A stretch of DNA of 64,000 nt from Seison nebaliae (Eukaryota). Location of the stretch: contig JALJEE010000060.1 in the NCBI GenBank assembly GCA_023231475.1, positions 1 to 64,000 on the forward strand, written 5' to 3'. A program made the translations under genes and the position numbers. The stretch's first letter is position 1; each line of letters begins with the position of its first letter. A model generated the notes under the pieces. That model was not told the origin of the DNA. It made no database searches and saw only the letters and a program-made list of their open reading frames with translations. Below are positions 63,731-64,000 of the stretch, in pieces.

Positions 63731-64000
63731 ATGGACATAAACGTTTATAAAACATCTTTGATGATAGGTAGGCGTAAGATTTTAAGATTGATGCAAACTT
63801 CTTCTAATTACAAAGTTGCTGGTTATCATAATGATGGTAATTTAGGGATTTGTGGTACGAATGTGTTGTTGGGAATGATAATGTCAAGCAAAATATTAAT
63901 AGACATAATCCAATGTAAATATGAAAGTTATGAGAAGAATTTTAATGAAGAAATGGATAATGTTAGAAATTATATTCGAGGACGAAGTATTCGGTTACCA
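63731..64000 (+). CDS. Possible 5' end of a gene running off the window
   Basis: ATG at about 63731, a GTAAG..AAAG candidate intron, then a frame open to the window end (AGYHNDGNLGICGT..YIRGRSIRLP). No recognisable motif. Confidence 0.3.
   Translation, partial: MDINVYKTSLMIGRRKILRLMQTSSNYKVAGYHNDGNLGICGTNVLLGMIMSSKILIDIIQCKYESYEKNFNEEMDNVRNYIRGRSIRLP

Noticed and set aside
1..64000. CRISPR arrays, prokaryotic operons or defence systems, rRNA, U12-type introns
   Set aside because: No regularly spaced repeats or rRNA-like segments were seen, and no RTATCCT donors occur among the introns placed. Gene content is eukaryotic.

Overview
AT-rich, gene-dense eukaryotic (metazoan-type) DNA read with the standard genetic code; it is not prokaryotic. 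The ORF track is fragmented because many genes carry short introns, mostly about 40-70 nt. Splicing by hand gives, in order: a partial fibrinogen-like domain gene, Sec1/Munc18, EFTUD2/SNU114, an orphan helical protein, tRNA-Asn, GLRX5, IFT140, ALG9, pyrroline-5-carboxylate reductase, liprin-alpha, CASK (with a 9.3 kb intron that holds a 1135-codon polyQ ORF), an orphan gene with a possible C-terminal death domain, LTN1, a small orphan, a PqaA/AprA-family secreted hydrolase-like gene, UBE2N, a nardilysin-like M16 peptidase and a MULE transposase relic. Most notable observations: (1) a divergent splice-site code, with about 60 of about 68 hand-placed donors being GTT without the GTRAG consensus and about 15 acceptors being AAG or GAG; (2) a spliceosomal GTPase EFTUD2 whose G3 Asp is replaced by Cys; (3) a candidate giant alternative first exon of CASK; (4) a run of seven co-oriented genes spaced 170-380 nt apart. 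All gene identities come from recognised motifs, not database searches, and intron counts are manual.
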